From: Eubacteriales bacterium | GTDB taxonomy: Bacteria; Bacillota; Clostridia; Oscillospirales; CAG-272 | Reading direction: 5' to 3' | Assembly (NCBI GenBank): GCA_045652425.1 | Contig: JAZRUG010000015.1 | Coordinates: 1,240-65,239, forward strand | Length of the DNA stretch: 64,000 nucleotides | Shown here: positions 10,318 through 18,980 of the stretch, in pieces | Position numbering within the stretch: position 1 is the stretch's first letter | How the letters are laid out: every line of letters begins with the position of its first letter | Translations under genes and position numbers: made by a program | Notes under the pieces: generated by a model | Database searches by the model: none | What the model saw: only the letters and a program-made list of their open reading frames with translations | What the model was told of the DNA's origin: nothing

Positions 10318-10995
10318 ATGAAGCCACTTATAGCTATTACACCGCAATACGACAACTATCTCGGTATAAATAAAATCTCTCCATTCTACGCAAAAGCAGT
10401 AGAAGAATCGGGCGGTATTCCTTTTATATTGCCGTACACCCGAAATGAGTCCGTTATAGAAGAAACAGTAAGCCAACTCGACGGTATTATCTTTTCCGGC
10501 GGAACTAATATCGACCCGCAAAAATACGGAGAAAACGCTCAATCAAACTGCGGAAATATTGAATTTGAAAGAGATATTTTCGAGCTTAAGCTATGCAAAA
10601 TCGCTACCGATTTAGATAAATCAATTCTCGGTATCTGCCGAGGTTGTCAGCTTCTCACGGTTGCCGCAGACGGAACATTGCATCAGCATATCGAAAACCA
10701 CGACCAATCTGCAGATAAACACATTACAAGCCATACTGTAAATATTCTTACCGACACGCCGTTACATAAAATTCTTGGTGCTGACATCACCGACGTCAAC
10801 AGTTTCCATCATCAAACAGTCAAAACGTTGGGAAATTTAAAGATTGCCGCCCAAAGCGATGACGGTACTATCGAAGCCGTATATGCTCCGGGCAAAAAAT
10901 TCCACCTTGGAATCCAATGGCATCCGGAAAGAATGTATTCAACCAATATTCACGCAAAACTTATCTTCGACAGCTTTATTTCTTCATGTTGCTGA
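10318..10995 (+). CDS. Class I glutamine amidotransferase, peptidase C26 (gamma-glutamyl-GABA hydrolase family)
   Basis: GICRGCQLL nucleophile elbow, SFHHQ and QWHPE motifs; GGAGG RBS. Confidence 0.85.
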   Translation: MKPLIAITPQYDNYLGINKISPFYAKAVEESGGIPFILPYTRNESVIEETVSQLDGIIFSGGTNIDPQKYGENAQSNCGNIEFERDIFELKLCKIATDLDKSILGICRGCQLLTVAADGTLHQHIENHDQSADKHITSHTVNILTDTPLHKILGADITDVNSFHHQTVKTLGNLKIAAQSDDGTIEAVYAPGKKFHLGIQWHPERMYSTNIHAKLIFDSFISSCC

Positions 10996-11887
10996 GTTTT
11001 GTCAAATCAAGTGCCGGCATCTTAACGTTTATCGCCTTAGGGATAATAGATATATCTGCCGTATCACCATAAATAACTTCGCCGTCTATACCGTATCTGC
11101 TGATGTTTTTCACTGTCATTCTCGTACACTGAAAATACGTCAGCAGTTCTTTATATTTATCATTAACTTCACAAGTTTCCGTATTTACATGTTTGCCTAA
11201 TCTATAGTCACCCACAAGTTTCAAAAACGTAGGTTTACTCATATTGTTTACAACCATAGCGTCAAAGTAACCGTCGTTTAATAAAGCGGTAGGCGCAAAC
11301 TTGAATCCGCCTCCGCAGTACTTGCCATTGCCAAGACAAGTCATAAGGTACTTACCCTTAAATCCAACCTTTTCTCCGTCTTTTTTTGTAAGTTCTATTT
11401 CTAATTCCTTTCCCAATTCTCCGGACAGAACTTTCATAACACCTACTATATAACCCAAACTGCCCGAAGTCAAAAAGTTCTTCTTGACCTTGTCGGTTTC
11501 AACAACCACATCGCAGTCAAAGCCTATGTTAACAGAATTTATGCCGTATCTGTCATTTATCTTCAAAACGTCAACTTTGCCCATATATTTTTCAGTCTTG
11601 GAAAAATTACGCACAAAATCATTGCCCGAGCCTTTGGGAACAACCGAAAGAAAACACTTCTTTGCCGCCGCTTCTCCCGCTGCCATTATTCCGTTAACAG
11701 CTTCGCTGACAGTTCCATCTCCGCCGTATACCGTAAAATGTACTTCTGGATCTTCTATTAAAGTTTCAGTTATAAACCTCTCCATATCGCGAGGTCCTTG
11801 TGTTTCATATACCTCAACAGTTTCGGGGATATACAAATGCGCCTTCACCATTCCTGCCGCAGGGTTAAGAATATGTATTTTTCTCAT
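10976..11887 (-). CDS. YegS/DagK-family lipid kinase
   Basis: NPAAG start and GGDGTVSEAVNG motif; 303 aa. Confidence 0.85.
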   Translation of the reverse strand: MRKIHILNPAAGMVKAHLYIPETVEVYETQGPRDMERFITETLIEDPEVHFTVYGGDGTVSEAVNGIMAAGEAAAKKCFLSVVPKGSGNDFVRNFSKTEKYMGKVDVLKINDRYGINSVNIGFDCDVVVETDKVKKNFLTSGSLGYIVGVMKVLSGELGKELEIELTKKDGEKVGFKGKYLMTCLGNGKYCGGGFKFAPTALLNDGYFDAMVVNNMSKPTFLKLVGDYRLGKHVNTETCEVNDKYKELLTYFQCTRMTVKNISRYGIDGEVIYGDTADISIIPKAINVKMPALDLTKLSNMKK

Positions 11888-12066
11888 ATTTTACCTCTGT
11901 TATTTCATAGCCGCATAAAAAGGGCTCTACTTGTCAGTTTAACTGTATTATTTTACCATCTTTTTCGTCAAAAATCAATATATTTTTTAAATTAACTTAA
12001 TTAAAGGAAGAACCGTAATTGTTTTGTAAACTCTTTAATAAATTTACAAAAAAATTTGTTTATATG

Positions 12067-12095
12067 TTGACTTTTTTGAAAAGTTGTATTATAGT
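12067..12095 (+). promoter_or_regulatory. Sigma-70 type promoter of the B12 operon
   Basis: TTGACT (12067..12072), 17-nt spacer, TATAGT (12090..12095), about 25 nt upstream of riboswitch P1. Confidence 0.65.
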
Positions 12096-12120
12096 GTAAA
12101 AAGGTAAACATAAATACTCG

Positions 12121-12306
12121 AAGATACGGTTTGAAAAGTTAAACACTTAGTAGACGAAATAGGGAATTCGGTGTAAACCCGAAACAACCGCCATTACTGT
12201 ATATGTCGAACTGGGAGCATAAATAACCATTGGGAGTTTTCCCGAGAAGGATTGCTCATTTTGTGATTTTTCACATCGCCATGAGTCAGGAAACCTGCCG
12301 TATCTT
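12121..12306 (+). ncRNA. Cobalamin (B12) riboswitch aptamer
   Basis: 9-bp P1 aagatacgg/ccgtatctt; core AATAGGGAATTCGGTGTAAACCCGAAAC...CCGCCATTACTGT; B12 box AGTCAGGAAACCTGCC. Confidence 0.88.
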
Positions 12307-12337
12307 TTTAGGTTCAACACAACTTGGGTGAGAAGAG

Positions 12338-12383
12338 TGCAACCGACTTATTGCTATACAGCAGTTTAGGTTTGCATTTTTTA
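12338..12383 (+). terminator. Probable riboswitch expression-platform terminator
   Basis: tgcaacc...ggtttgca stem with inner tgct/agca pairing, followed by TTTTTTAT. Confidence 0.5.
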
Positions 12384-12435
12384 TACCCATAGAATTCGAA
12401 GTCTTTTTTTGCTGTATTATATATTAAGTCAGTTG

Positions 12436-12475
12436 TACTCTTTTGACCTTTTGGTGAAAGAGTATTTTTTATTTT
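12436..12475 (+). terminator. Second terminator-like hairpin in the leader
   Basis: tactcttt-N13-aaagagta followed by TTTTTTATTTT, 24 nt before the first ORF. Confidence 0.5.
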
Positions 12476-12498
12476 GTAATTGTAAAGGAGGGAAAATC

Positions 12499-12816
12499 GT
12501 GACACCTGATGAAAAAAAGTCCTTGGCGGAAGAACTTTTGCGTCAAAAAGAAAAAGAGCTCGGAAGACTGCCTCGCAAGGACGACTTTGATGAAGCTACA
12601 CGGTCGCGAATTAAAGCCTTCCTAGGACCTTGGCCAAGAGCATTGGAGGCCGCAGGATTAAAGGAACCGCGAGTTATTCTTCCAAAATCCCAAAAAAGAA
12701 AAAAAGCAGCAACAAAATCAAAAAAAGAAGCCATTTCAGCGCGACAAAAATTGGAAAGGCGCAGAGCTCGAGCAAAGGAACAAAAAGCTTCTTTAGAAAA
12801 TGAAATCAAAGAATAA
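12499..12816 (+). CDS. Small, very basic protein with one homing-endonuclease-associated-repeat-like motif
   Basis: GTG start 6 nt after AAAGGAGGG. Motif GRLPRKDDFDEATRSRIKAFLGPWPRALEAAGL. Lys/Arg-rich coiled C-terminal tail. Confidence 0.6.
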   Translation: MTPDEKKSLAEELLRQKEKELGRLPRKDDFDEATRSRIKAFLGPWPRALEAAGLKEPRVILPKSQKRKKAATKSKKEAISARQKLERRRARAKEQKASLENEIKE

Positions 12817-12842
12817 CTATCTATTAAAAGGAGAACTTTGTA

Positions 12843-14138
12843 ATGAAAAAAAGATTATTCAGCATTCTGCTTGCATTCGTATTGGTATTCTCAATGATAC
12901 ATTTGACATCGTTTGCTACAGACGAAGACATCGTTTACTTCTCAATCAGCTATGATGGACAATTCATTGAAGGTCAGGACGGCAAAAAAATTTCATATTC
13001 CCCTATTTCTGTTTCAGCATTGTCAAATATAAATTTAGCTGACTACGGACTCGAAGAATTCTTCTATGACGGAGATGGGGATAATAAATATGACATAACT
13101 TTACTTCATCTATACATCTATATTCACGAACAAATACTTGGTCTAGACTGGAATGACATAATGGTTTCTGGAGGTTCCGGAAGTATTTTCTTTGAATCAG
13201 GGCTTTTCGGCTTTGAAGATTGCAATTTGAATTACTACTACAACGGCTCATATCCCGAATTATATCCCGGTTGGGGAACTACTGCTGATTGCCTTTCACT
13301 CTCTAACGGAGATTTTTGCGATATTGCAGGTTATAGTAGCTGGTCATTTTGGAGCGACTCTGCAACAGGATTTCTCTACTTTGCAGATGAAGATGATAAC
13401 ATCACACACAACTATAACACCGACGCCAATACCCCCACCGACATTAAGCTTGTAAAAAGCGGAGGCGGTTTTGGAGGTGAATTAAATTTTAACACCATTG
13501 CCAATTATGATGTTTACTATGGTACATCATTAGATAATCGTGTTGGAACAGTTACAACTGACGAAAACGGTATAGCAACCCTTCCCACGCTTGATGCAGG
13601 AACTTATGTACTTTGGTGCGATGGTGGATACGGTGAAGAAAACCCCATGGATATTGTATCGGCCCCCGCCTATGCAACACTTACCGTAAATCAAGGCGCA
13701 TCAAATCCCCCTGTCGAAAAAACACCTTTAGAAAAAGCTGTTGAAGGAACACCTTTGAGTATCGGCGTTACCTCGACCAATGACAATGTAGTAATTGTCC
13801 CAACATCAAAAAACAATACTGCACTTACTCAAAACGAACTTATCAATATCTTATCTGACGAATCAATTACAATAACCGCAAACAATGGAATAATCGGTAC
13901 GGGTTGCAAAATCTCCATAAATGAAGAAGAAACTGAACTTGTAGTTATGGGCGATATAGACGGCGACGGCATTGTAAATGTATTTGATGCATTGATTTTG
14001 AAAAAAGCATTAACCAATAATACAAATCTTGAATCCATTATTGAGTTTGCCGGTGATGTTGATGGCAACAAAGAATTATCTGAATCAGACATTGATAAAA
14101 TCCTTTCGCATATAGTTGGAGAATCCTATATCGACTAA
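12843..14138 (+). CDS. Secreted dockerin protein with N-terminal DUF4430-like module and an Ig-like module
   Basis: Signal peptide. C-terminal two-segment dockerin GDIDGDGIVNVFDALILKKAL / GDVDGNKELSESDIDKILSHIVG. The N-terminal region resembles DUF4430 only weakly. Confidence 0.65.
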   Translation: MKKRLFSILLAFVLVFSMIHLTSFATDEDIVYFSISYDGQFIEGQDGKKISYSPISVSALSNINLADYGLEEFFYDGDGDNKYDITLLHLYIYIHEQILGLDWNDIMVSGGSGSIFFESGLFGFEDCNLNYYYNGSYPELYPGWGTTADCLSLSNGDFCDIAGYSSWSFWSDSATGFLYFADEDDNITHNYNTDANTPTDIKLVKSGGGFGGELNFNTIANYDVYYGTSLDNRVGTVTTDENGIATLPTLDAGTYVLWCDGGYGEENPMDIVSAPAYATLTVNQGASNPPVEKTPLEKAVEGTPLSIGVTSTNDNVVIVPTSKNNTALTQNELINILSDESITITANNGIIGTGCKISINEEETELVVMGDIDGDGIVNVFDALILKKALTNNTNLESIIEFAGDVDGNKELSESDIDKILSHIVGESYID

Positions 14139-14175
14139 AGAAACTATTAACTTATTTTTTGGGAGAACTTTGGTG

Positions 14176-16167
14176 ATGAAAAAGAAACTTCTCTGCTTTT
14201 TACTCATTACAGTAATGCTATTTACAACAATTCCGTTGTCAATATTTGCAAACGAAAATGAGCAACAGAAAAAAAGCGTTAGCGATGTATTAAACACCAC
14301 GTTAGCGCAACTTGCCAATACCGTAACAGCCCCCTCGTTTGGTACAAGTGCAGGTGAGTGGACTGTTCTTTGTCTTGCGCGCGGTGAATACTACGAAAAA
14401 GATAACGTTTATTTTAACGATTACTATAATAGAATCGTTGAATACGTAAATACTCAAGCACAAAAAATAAACATGAACGGTGCGTTACACAAATCCAAAT
14501 CTACAGACAATTCAAGATTAATACTCGCCCTCTCTTCTATTGGTAAAGATGCAACGTCTGTAGGCGATTGGAATTTGATTACTCCATACAATGATTTTAA
14601 TTGGATAAAAAAACAAGGTATAAACGGTGTTATTTTCGCCTTAATCGCACTAGATGCCAACAATTACCAAACAACCGATTCCACAATTCGTCAGCAATGT
14701 ATTGATTATCTGTTTGAAAAGCAGCTTGATGATGGTGGTTGGGCTATGTCGGGTAAAACTTTTAATACCGATATTACTGCAATGGCTTTGCAGTCTTTAT
14801 ACCCCTATCGCAACGAACAAGGCGTAACTGAAGTTGCCAATAAAGCTTTTTCTCGTTTATCCGAAGAGCAACTTGAAACCGGTGGATTTCTTTACGGCCC
14901 TGATGAAACCTCAGAAAGTGCTTCGCAATTCATTGTAGCTTGTACTACCTGGGGAATAAATCCACATACTGATAGTAGATTTATTAAAAACGGTAAGTCC
15001 GCTATAGATAATTTACTTTCGTATTACGCAGAAAATAATGCTATGTTTAAGCATTTTATCGATGGCGATTCCAACGATATGGCAACCGACCAAGCTTGTT
15101 ACGCACTTATTTCATATAATCGTTTCATAAACGGAAAAACTGCACTATATGATTACACTGACGTAGTTTTTGAAGGTACTGAACAAACCGTTATCGGTCC
15201 CCCTAAAGTTACTCTCGGTCTTCCGTCGGCAATAACCGACGACATCGGACGAACATTTAATGCCACAATAAATCTTGACCGCTGGGATAATTCTGCAGAA
15301 TATAAACTCATCGATTTTGTGATAAATGTTCCAACCGGATTAAGTGTAACCAACATTACCGCTAACAATCGTTTTGTTGGCGGTACGCTGAACTACAATC
15401 TCGAAGAAGATACCGGCAAATTACGTGTGGTTTACTTTGATGCAAATAATAATACCAGTCTTACAGTCAGCGGAACTACCTTCCCCATTTCAGCCTTCAC
15501 GATTACTTTTCGTGTAGACTCTGCAACTGCAGGAGATAGACTTGGAATAAATATTGGCGGAATGTCTTTAAAACGCACGTCAGATGCAACAGCCGAAGAA
15601 TCAATGACGATTGTTGACTCTACTTCTGCAAACGGAAAGATATCCGTCGTAGCAGGAATTTCATACAGTGCCGTATGTCTTTACACAGGTGATGATATTG
15701 ACATTATCCCCTCCACAAAAAAGGCAATCGCAATATCACTAACCGGAATAGAAAACACAGTAAAGCTTTTGTATGATGACGGTACAAACAAATATGAATT
15801 TAAGTACAGTCAAGAAATTTCAAAAAAGGCAGGAATTTCAACTTACATTGCCTTGGTAGATTCTTCTATTGATATGACAGCATTTGTAAACAAATCCAAC
15901 TTTACCTTCGAAGAAACAAATACAAACAATCTAACTTTCGGCGACGCAAACGCTGACGGAGTTATCAACGCCCAAGATGCTCTTATAGCTGTAGACACTT
16001 GGCTACGCAAGAATGACACGATTTCCGATAACGATATATTAGCGCTAAATGTAAACTGCGATAGTAGAATTAATACTTTTGATGCATTGGGTATCGTCGA
16101 AGCCTTCGTGAACGGCAGCGAGTATTCTATAATTACAAAAGCGGCTACGCTTTCTACCAAAAATTAA
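14176..16167 (+). CDS. Secreted adaptor protein: alpha/alpha-toroid (prenyltransferase/terpene-cyclase-like repeats) + cohesin-like module + dockerin
   Basis: ATG at 14176 after GGGAGA; signal peptide; DDGGWAMSG and ETGGFLYG repeats; cohesin-like stretch (FNATINLDRW...YKLIDFVINVPTGLSV...GKLRVVYFD); dockerin GDANADGVINAQDALIAVD / CDSRINTFDALGIVEAFV. Confidence 0.7.
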   Translation: MKKKLLCFLLITVMLFTTIPLSIFANENEQQKKSVSDVLNTTLAQLANTVTAPSFGTSAGEWTVLCLARGEYYEKDNVYFNDYYNRIVEYVNTQAQKINMNGALHKSKSTDNSRLILALSSIGKDATSVGDWNLITPYNDFNWIKKQGINGVIFALIALDANNYQTTDSTIRQQCIDYLFEKQLDDGGWAMSGKTFNTDITAMALQSLYPYRNEQGVTEVANKAFSRLSEEQLETGGFLYGPDETSESASQFIVACTTWGINPHTDSRFIKNGKSAIDNLLSYYAENNAMFKHFIDGDSNDMATDQACYALISYNRFINGKTALYDYTDVVFEGTEQTVIGPPKVTLGLPSAITDDIGRTFNATINLDRWDNSAEYKLIDFVINVPTGLSVTNITANNRFVGGTLNYNLEEDTGKLRVVYFDANNNTSLTVSGTTFPISAFTITFRVDSATAGDRLGINIGGMSLKRTSDATAEESMTIVDSTSANGKISVVAGISYSAVCLYTGDDIDIIPSTKKAIAISLTGIENTVKLLYDDGTNKYEFKYSQEISKKAGISTYIALVDSSIDMTAFVNKSNFTFEETNTNNLTFGDANADGVINAQDALIAVDTWLRKNDTISDNDILALNVNCDSRINTFDALGIVEAFVNGSEYSIITKAATLSTKN

Positions 16168-16175
16168 GCAATAGA

Positions 16176-16203
16176 TTAAGGGGGATATAAAATTCCCCCT
16201 TAA
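16176..16203 (+). other. Intra-operon 10-bp hairpin (partial terminator or mRNA stabiliser)
   Basis: ttaaggggga-N8-ttcccccttaa followed by cttttac, between the adaptor gene and the anchored-cohesin gene. Confidence 0.4.
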
Positions 16204-16225
16204 CTTTTACACAAGGAGAATTATT

Positions 16226-16852
16226 ATGAGCAAACAACTATTGAATAAAAAAACTAAAATGACATTACTTTTAAGTATAAACGCCGTTTTATTACTTCTT
16301 TTATTGATAATTATTCTTCTTGTCACAAAAAAAGACATCCGATTTAATGATTCCCCTACGCTTACCATTGAAACACCCCCAAAAATCAGCCTTTCTAAAA
16401 CAAACGAGTTTTTGGTGGACGTAAATATTTCCTCATTTGGAGATACACTCTACCCCGCTGTCAGTATGAATATTTCTTTTGACCCGTCAAGACTTGAATT
16501 TCTTAACGTTGAAGAAGGAAACGTATTTATCAGAAATGATGAAAATGACGTAACTCAAAAACTTCCTCAATGGAGTTTTAATTCTGAACAATGCAACAAC
16601 ACGGGAATAATCAGCATTATGTATCTTGATACAACGGGCGGAAAAAATGCCTTCAGCAAAGACCTTCTTGCTGATGATAACAATGTAGTACTTCGCCTTA
16701 AGTTCCGTTTACGCGGAAGCGCACGAAAAGGCGACGTATATGATTTAATCTTTGAGGATGCCGTATTTGCCGCTTCAAATGAATCGGATAGCCTGGCAAT
16801 CACACGCGATACCTTAAAAGTCAAAAACGGTAAAATCGTAATAGGAGAATAA
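16226..16852 (+). CDS. Membrane-anchored single-cohesin protein
   Basis: N-terminal TM (LLLSINAVLLLLLLIIILLV), then a roughly 150-aa cohesin-like domain (VDVNISSFGDTLYPAVSMNISFDPSRLEFLNVEEGNVF ... VVLRLKFRLRGSARKGDVYDLIFED ... VKNGKIVIG). Confidence 0.7.
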   Translation: MSKQLLNKKTKMTLLLSINAVLLLLLLIIILLVTKKDIRFNDSPTLTIETPPKISLSKTNEFLVDVNISSFGDTLYPAVSMNISFDPSRLEFLNVEEGNVFIRNDENDVTQKLPQWSFNSEQCNNTGIISIMYLDTTGGKNAFSKDLLADDNNVVLRLKFRLRGSARKGDVYDLIFEDAVFAASNESDSLAITRDTLKVKNGKIVIGE

Positions 16853-16854
16853 TA

Positions 16855-18087
16855 ATGAAAAAAATATTGAGTTTTATATTTATTTTATCACTTTTACTTT
16901 CAATTACGGCATGTAGTGGTAACTATGCAAAAGTTGATTTAAGAAAACCAATTGATATTCCTCAAAACGGTATTATTGAAAAACAACTGTTAGACGAAAT
17001 CAAAGCAGAAAATGCCATTGCTACTTTTACCAGCAAATCAAACAACTTAAAATACGAATGGATAATATTCGGAAGCGATCTTGAAGAAACTAAAGACATC
17101 AATTTATCACTTTCATTAGAAGAAAAAGAGGGTAGCGTTTCAGTCAAATTCAACGAAACTGCCGACTTTGGTTTCCCTTCGCTCTTGTCAATCTACTTAA
17201 ATAAAAAATGGACTGCAAACAGCGCTTCCGCCTACAATGGTGAAAACGCTGAATATTCAGTTTCAATCACCGGAAGTAAAACAAGTATCCTCAATATTTC
17301 CATTAACAAAACTGTTCCAAATCTTGAAATCTTCCCCGACGAAACGCAACAAACTGACGATCTTCTTTGCCCCGAATCCACTTCACCTCCAGAAACCATT
17401 CTCTCTCCGAACGAAACCAACAAAGTGGATAATTATCTTTCCGGCACAATTACAGAAGAAAACAACGAATTTCGCCAAGAAGAAACACAACAAACAAGCA
17501 ATATTCACTCAAATGATACATACATAACAGACAACTATCTTTCTAACACACTTCCTGAAGAAAACCGCGTTTATTCAGACGGCAACATCACTAACCAAGA
17601 TAAATATAAAACCGATCCCATTCCTGAAGGTAAACCCTTACCGGTTGAACCCGAAAATCAAGAAGTCAACAACAAAAAAGTTCTTACCTGCACAATTTCA
17701 ATAGAATGTTCAACAATTTTAAACAACCTATCTGTCCTTGATCCCGACAAACTTGAACTCGTTCCGTCAAACGGTGTGATTTTAGCCCCCATAAAAGTAT
17801 CTTTTTACGAGGGCGAGTCGGTATTTAACGTACTTCAGCGTGTATGCAAAGAAAAAGGTATTCATTTGGAATCTTCTTGGACACCTATCTACAACAGCGC
17901 ATACATAGAAGGCATTCACAATTTATACGAATTTGACTGCGGTGAGCTTTCAGGTTGGATGTACCGCGTTAACGGCTGGTATCCCAATTACGGCTCTTCA
18001 AGATACCAACTTGTAGACGGAGAGATCATCGAATGGCGTTATACATGCGACCTCGGCAAAGACATCGGTTGTGATTGGATGGGATAA
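16855..18087 (+). CDS. Lipoprotein with C-terminal DUF4430 (transcobalamin beta-domain-like) module
   Basis: Lipobox LSITAC. C-terminus NLYEFDCGELSGWMYRVNGWYPNYGSSRYQLVDGEIIEWRYTCDLGKDIG is canonical DUF4430. Low-complexity linker with DNYLS.T..EEN repeats. Confidence 0.8.
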   Translation: MKKILSFIFILSLLLSITACSGNYAKVDLRKPIDIPQNGIIEKQLLDEIKAENAIATFTSKSNNLKYEWIIFGSDLEETKDINLSLSLEEKEGSVSVKFNETADFGFPSLLSIYLNKKWTANSASAYNGENAEYSVSITGSKTSILNISINKTVPNLEIFPDETQQTDDLLCPESTSPPETILSPNETNKVDNYLSGTITEENNEFRQEETQQTSNIHSNDTYITDNYLSNTLPEENRVYSDGNITNQDKYKTDPIPEGKPLPVEPENQEVNNKKVLTCTISIECSTILNNLSVLDPDKLELVPSNGVILAPIKVSFYEGESVFNVLQRVCKEKGIHLESSWTPIYNSAYIEGIHNLYEFDCGELSGWMYRVNGWYPNYGSSRYQLVDGEIIEWRYTCDLGKDIGCDWMG

Positions 18088-18089
18088 TT

Positions 18090-18980
18090 ATGCGAGATTC
18101 TTTTTCTAATTTTCATCCCTTCAATAACTTTTTATATTTCGCCTTGGTTATTGGCTTTTCTCTTGCGTTATATCATCCATTAGCGCAAGTAATATCCCTT
18201 ATTTGCGCATGTATTTACGTCATCAGCATAGAAAGCAAAAAAAGCGTGTTGTTTATTTTTAAGTATTGTTTACCCATGGTGATTTTAACGACCTTTATAA
18301 ATCCCGCCTTTAACCACGAGGGGACAACTATTTTACTTTATTTCAGCAATGGAAATCCATTAACATTTGAAAGCATTTTGTACGGCATATCGGCAGGCTC
18401 TATGCTTGTAACGGTATTGCTTTGGTTTTCGTCGTTTAACCGAGTAATGACATCGGATAAGTTTATTTATCTATTCGGTAAGCTTATTCCTGCTTTATCG
18501 TTGGTATTAAGTATGTCCTTGCGATTTGTACCGAAATTCAAATCACAAATGGCAACCGTTACGGAAGCACAACGAAGCATTGGCCGTGACGTGTCAAGCG
18601 GAAGCCTGTTCAGCAGAACAAAAACGGCGATTCTTATTTTTTCTATTATGATTACTTGGTCACTTGAAAATGCCATTGAAACGGCGGACAGTATGAAAAG
18701 CCGCGGATATGGGCTAAAAGGCCGAACCGCTTTTTCAATCTACCACTTCGATGAACGCGATAAATATACATTGGCTTGGCTTTGCTTTTGCGGTCTGTTT
18801 TTGCTTATCGGTACGATACTTAACGCCTTTGGGTTTCGATATTTTCCAAATATCCGTTACGCTGCGCTAGATAGGACCACTATTCCATTTTACTGCGTAT
18901 ATTTTGCCCTTTGCATTACCCCTGTCGTATTAAACATAAAGGAGGATAAAAAATGGAAAACTTTAGTTTCAAAGACGTAA
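18090..18980 (+). CDS. ecfT: ECF transporter transmembrane (T) component, CbiQ family
   Basis: Polytopic membrane protein with a CbiQ-like layout. ATG at 18090 lies 3 nt after the upstream stop. Coupling-helix-type region EAQRSIGRD...ETADSMKSRGY. Confidence 0.8.
   Translation: MRDSFSNFHPFNNFLYFALVIGFSLALYHPLAQVISLICACIYVISIESKKSVLFIFKYCLPMVILTTFINPAFNHEGTTILLYFSNGNPLTFESILYGISAGSMLVTVLLWFSSFNRVMTSDKFIYLFGKLIPALSLVLSMSLRFVPKFKSQMATVTEAQRSIGRDVSSGSLFSRTKTAILIFSIMITWSLENAIETADSMKSRGYGLKGRTAFSIYHFDERDKYTLAWLCFCGLFLLIGTILNAFGFRYFPNIRYAALDRTTIPFYCVYFALCITPVVLNIKEDKKWKTLVSKT

Noticed and set aside
12023-12050. Inverted repeat tttgtaaa-N12-tttacaaa just upstream of the B12 operon promoter as an operator
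   Set aside because: The arms are AT-only in an AT-rich spacer, so chance occurrence is likely, and I can name no cognate regulator.
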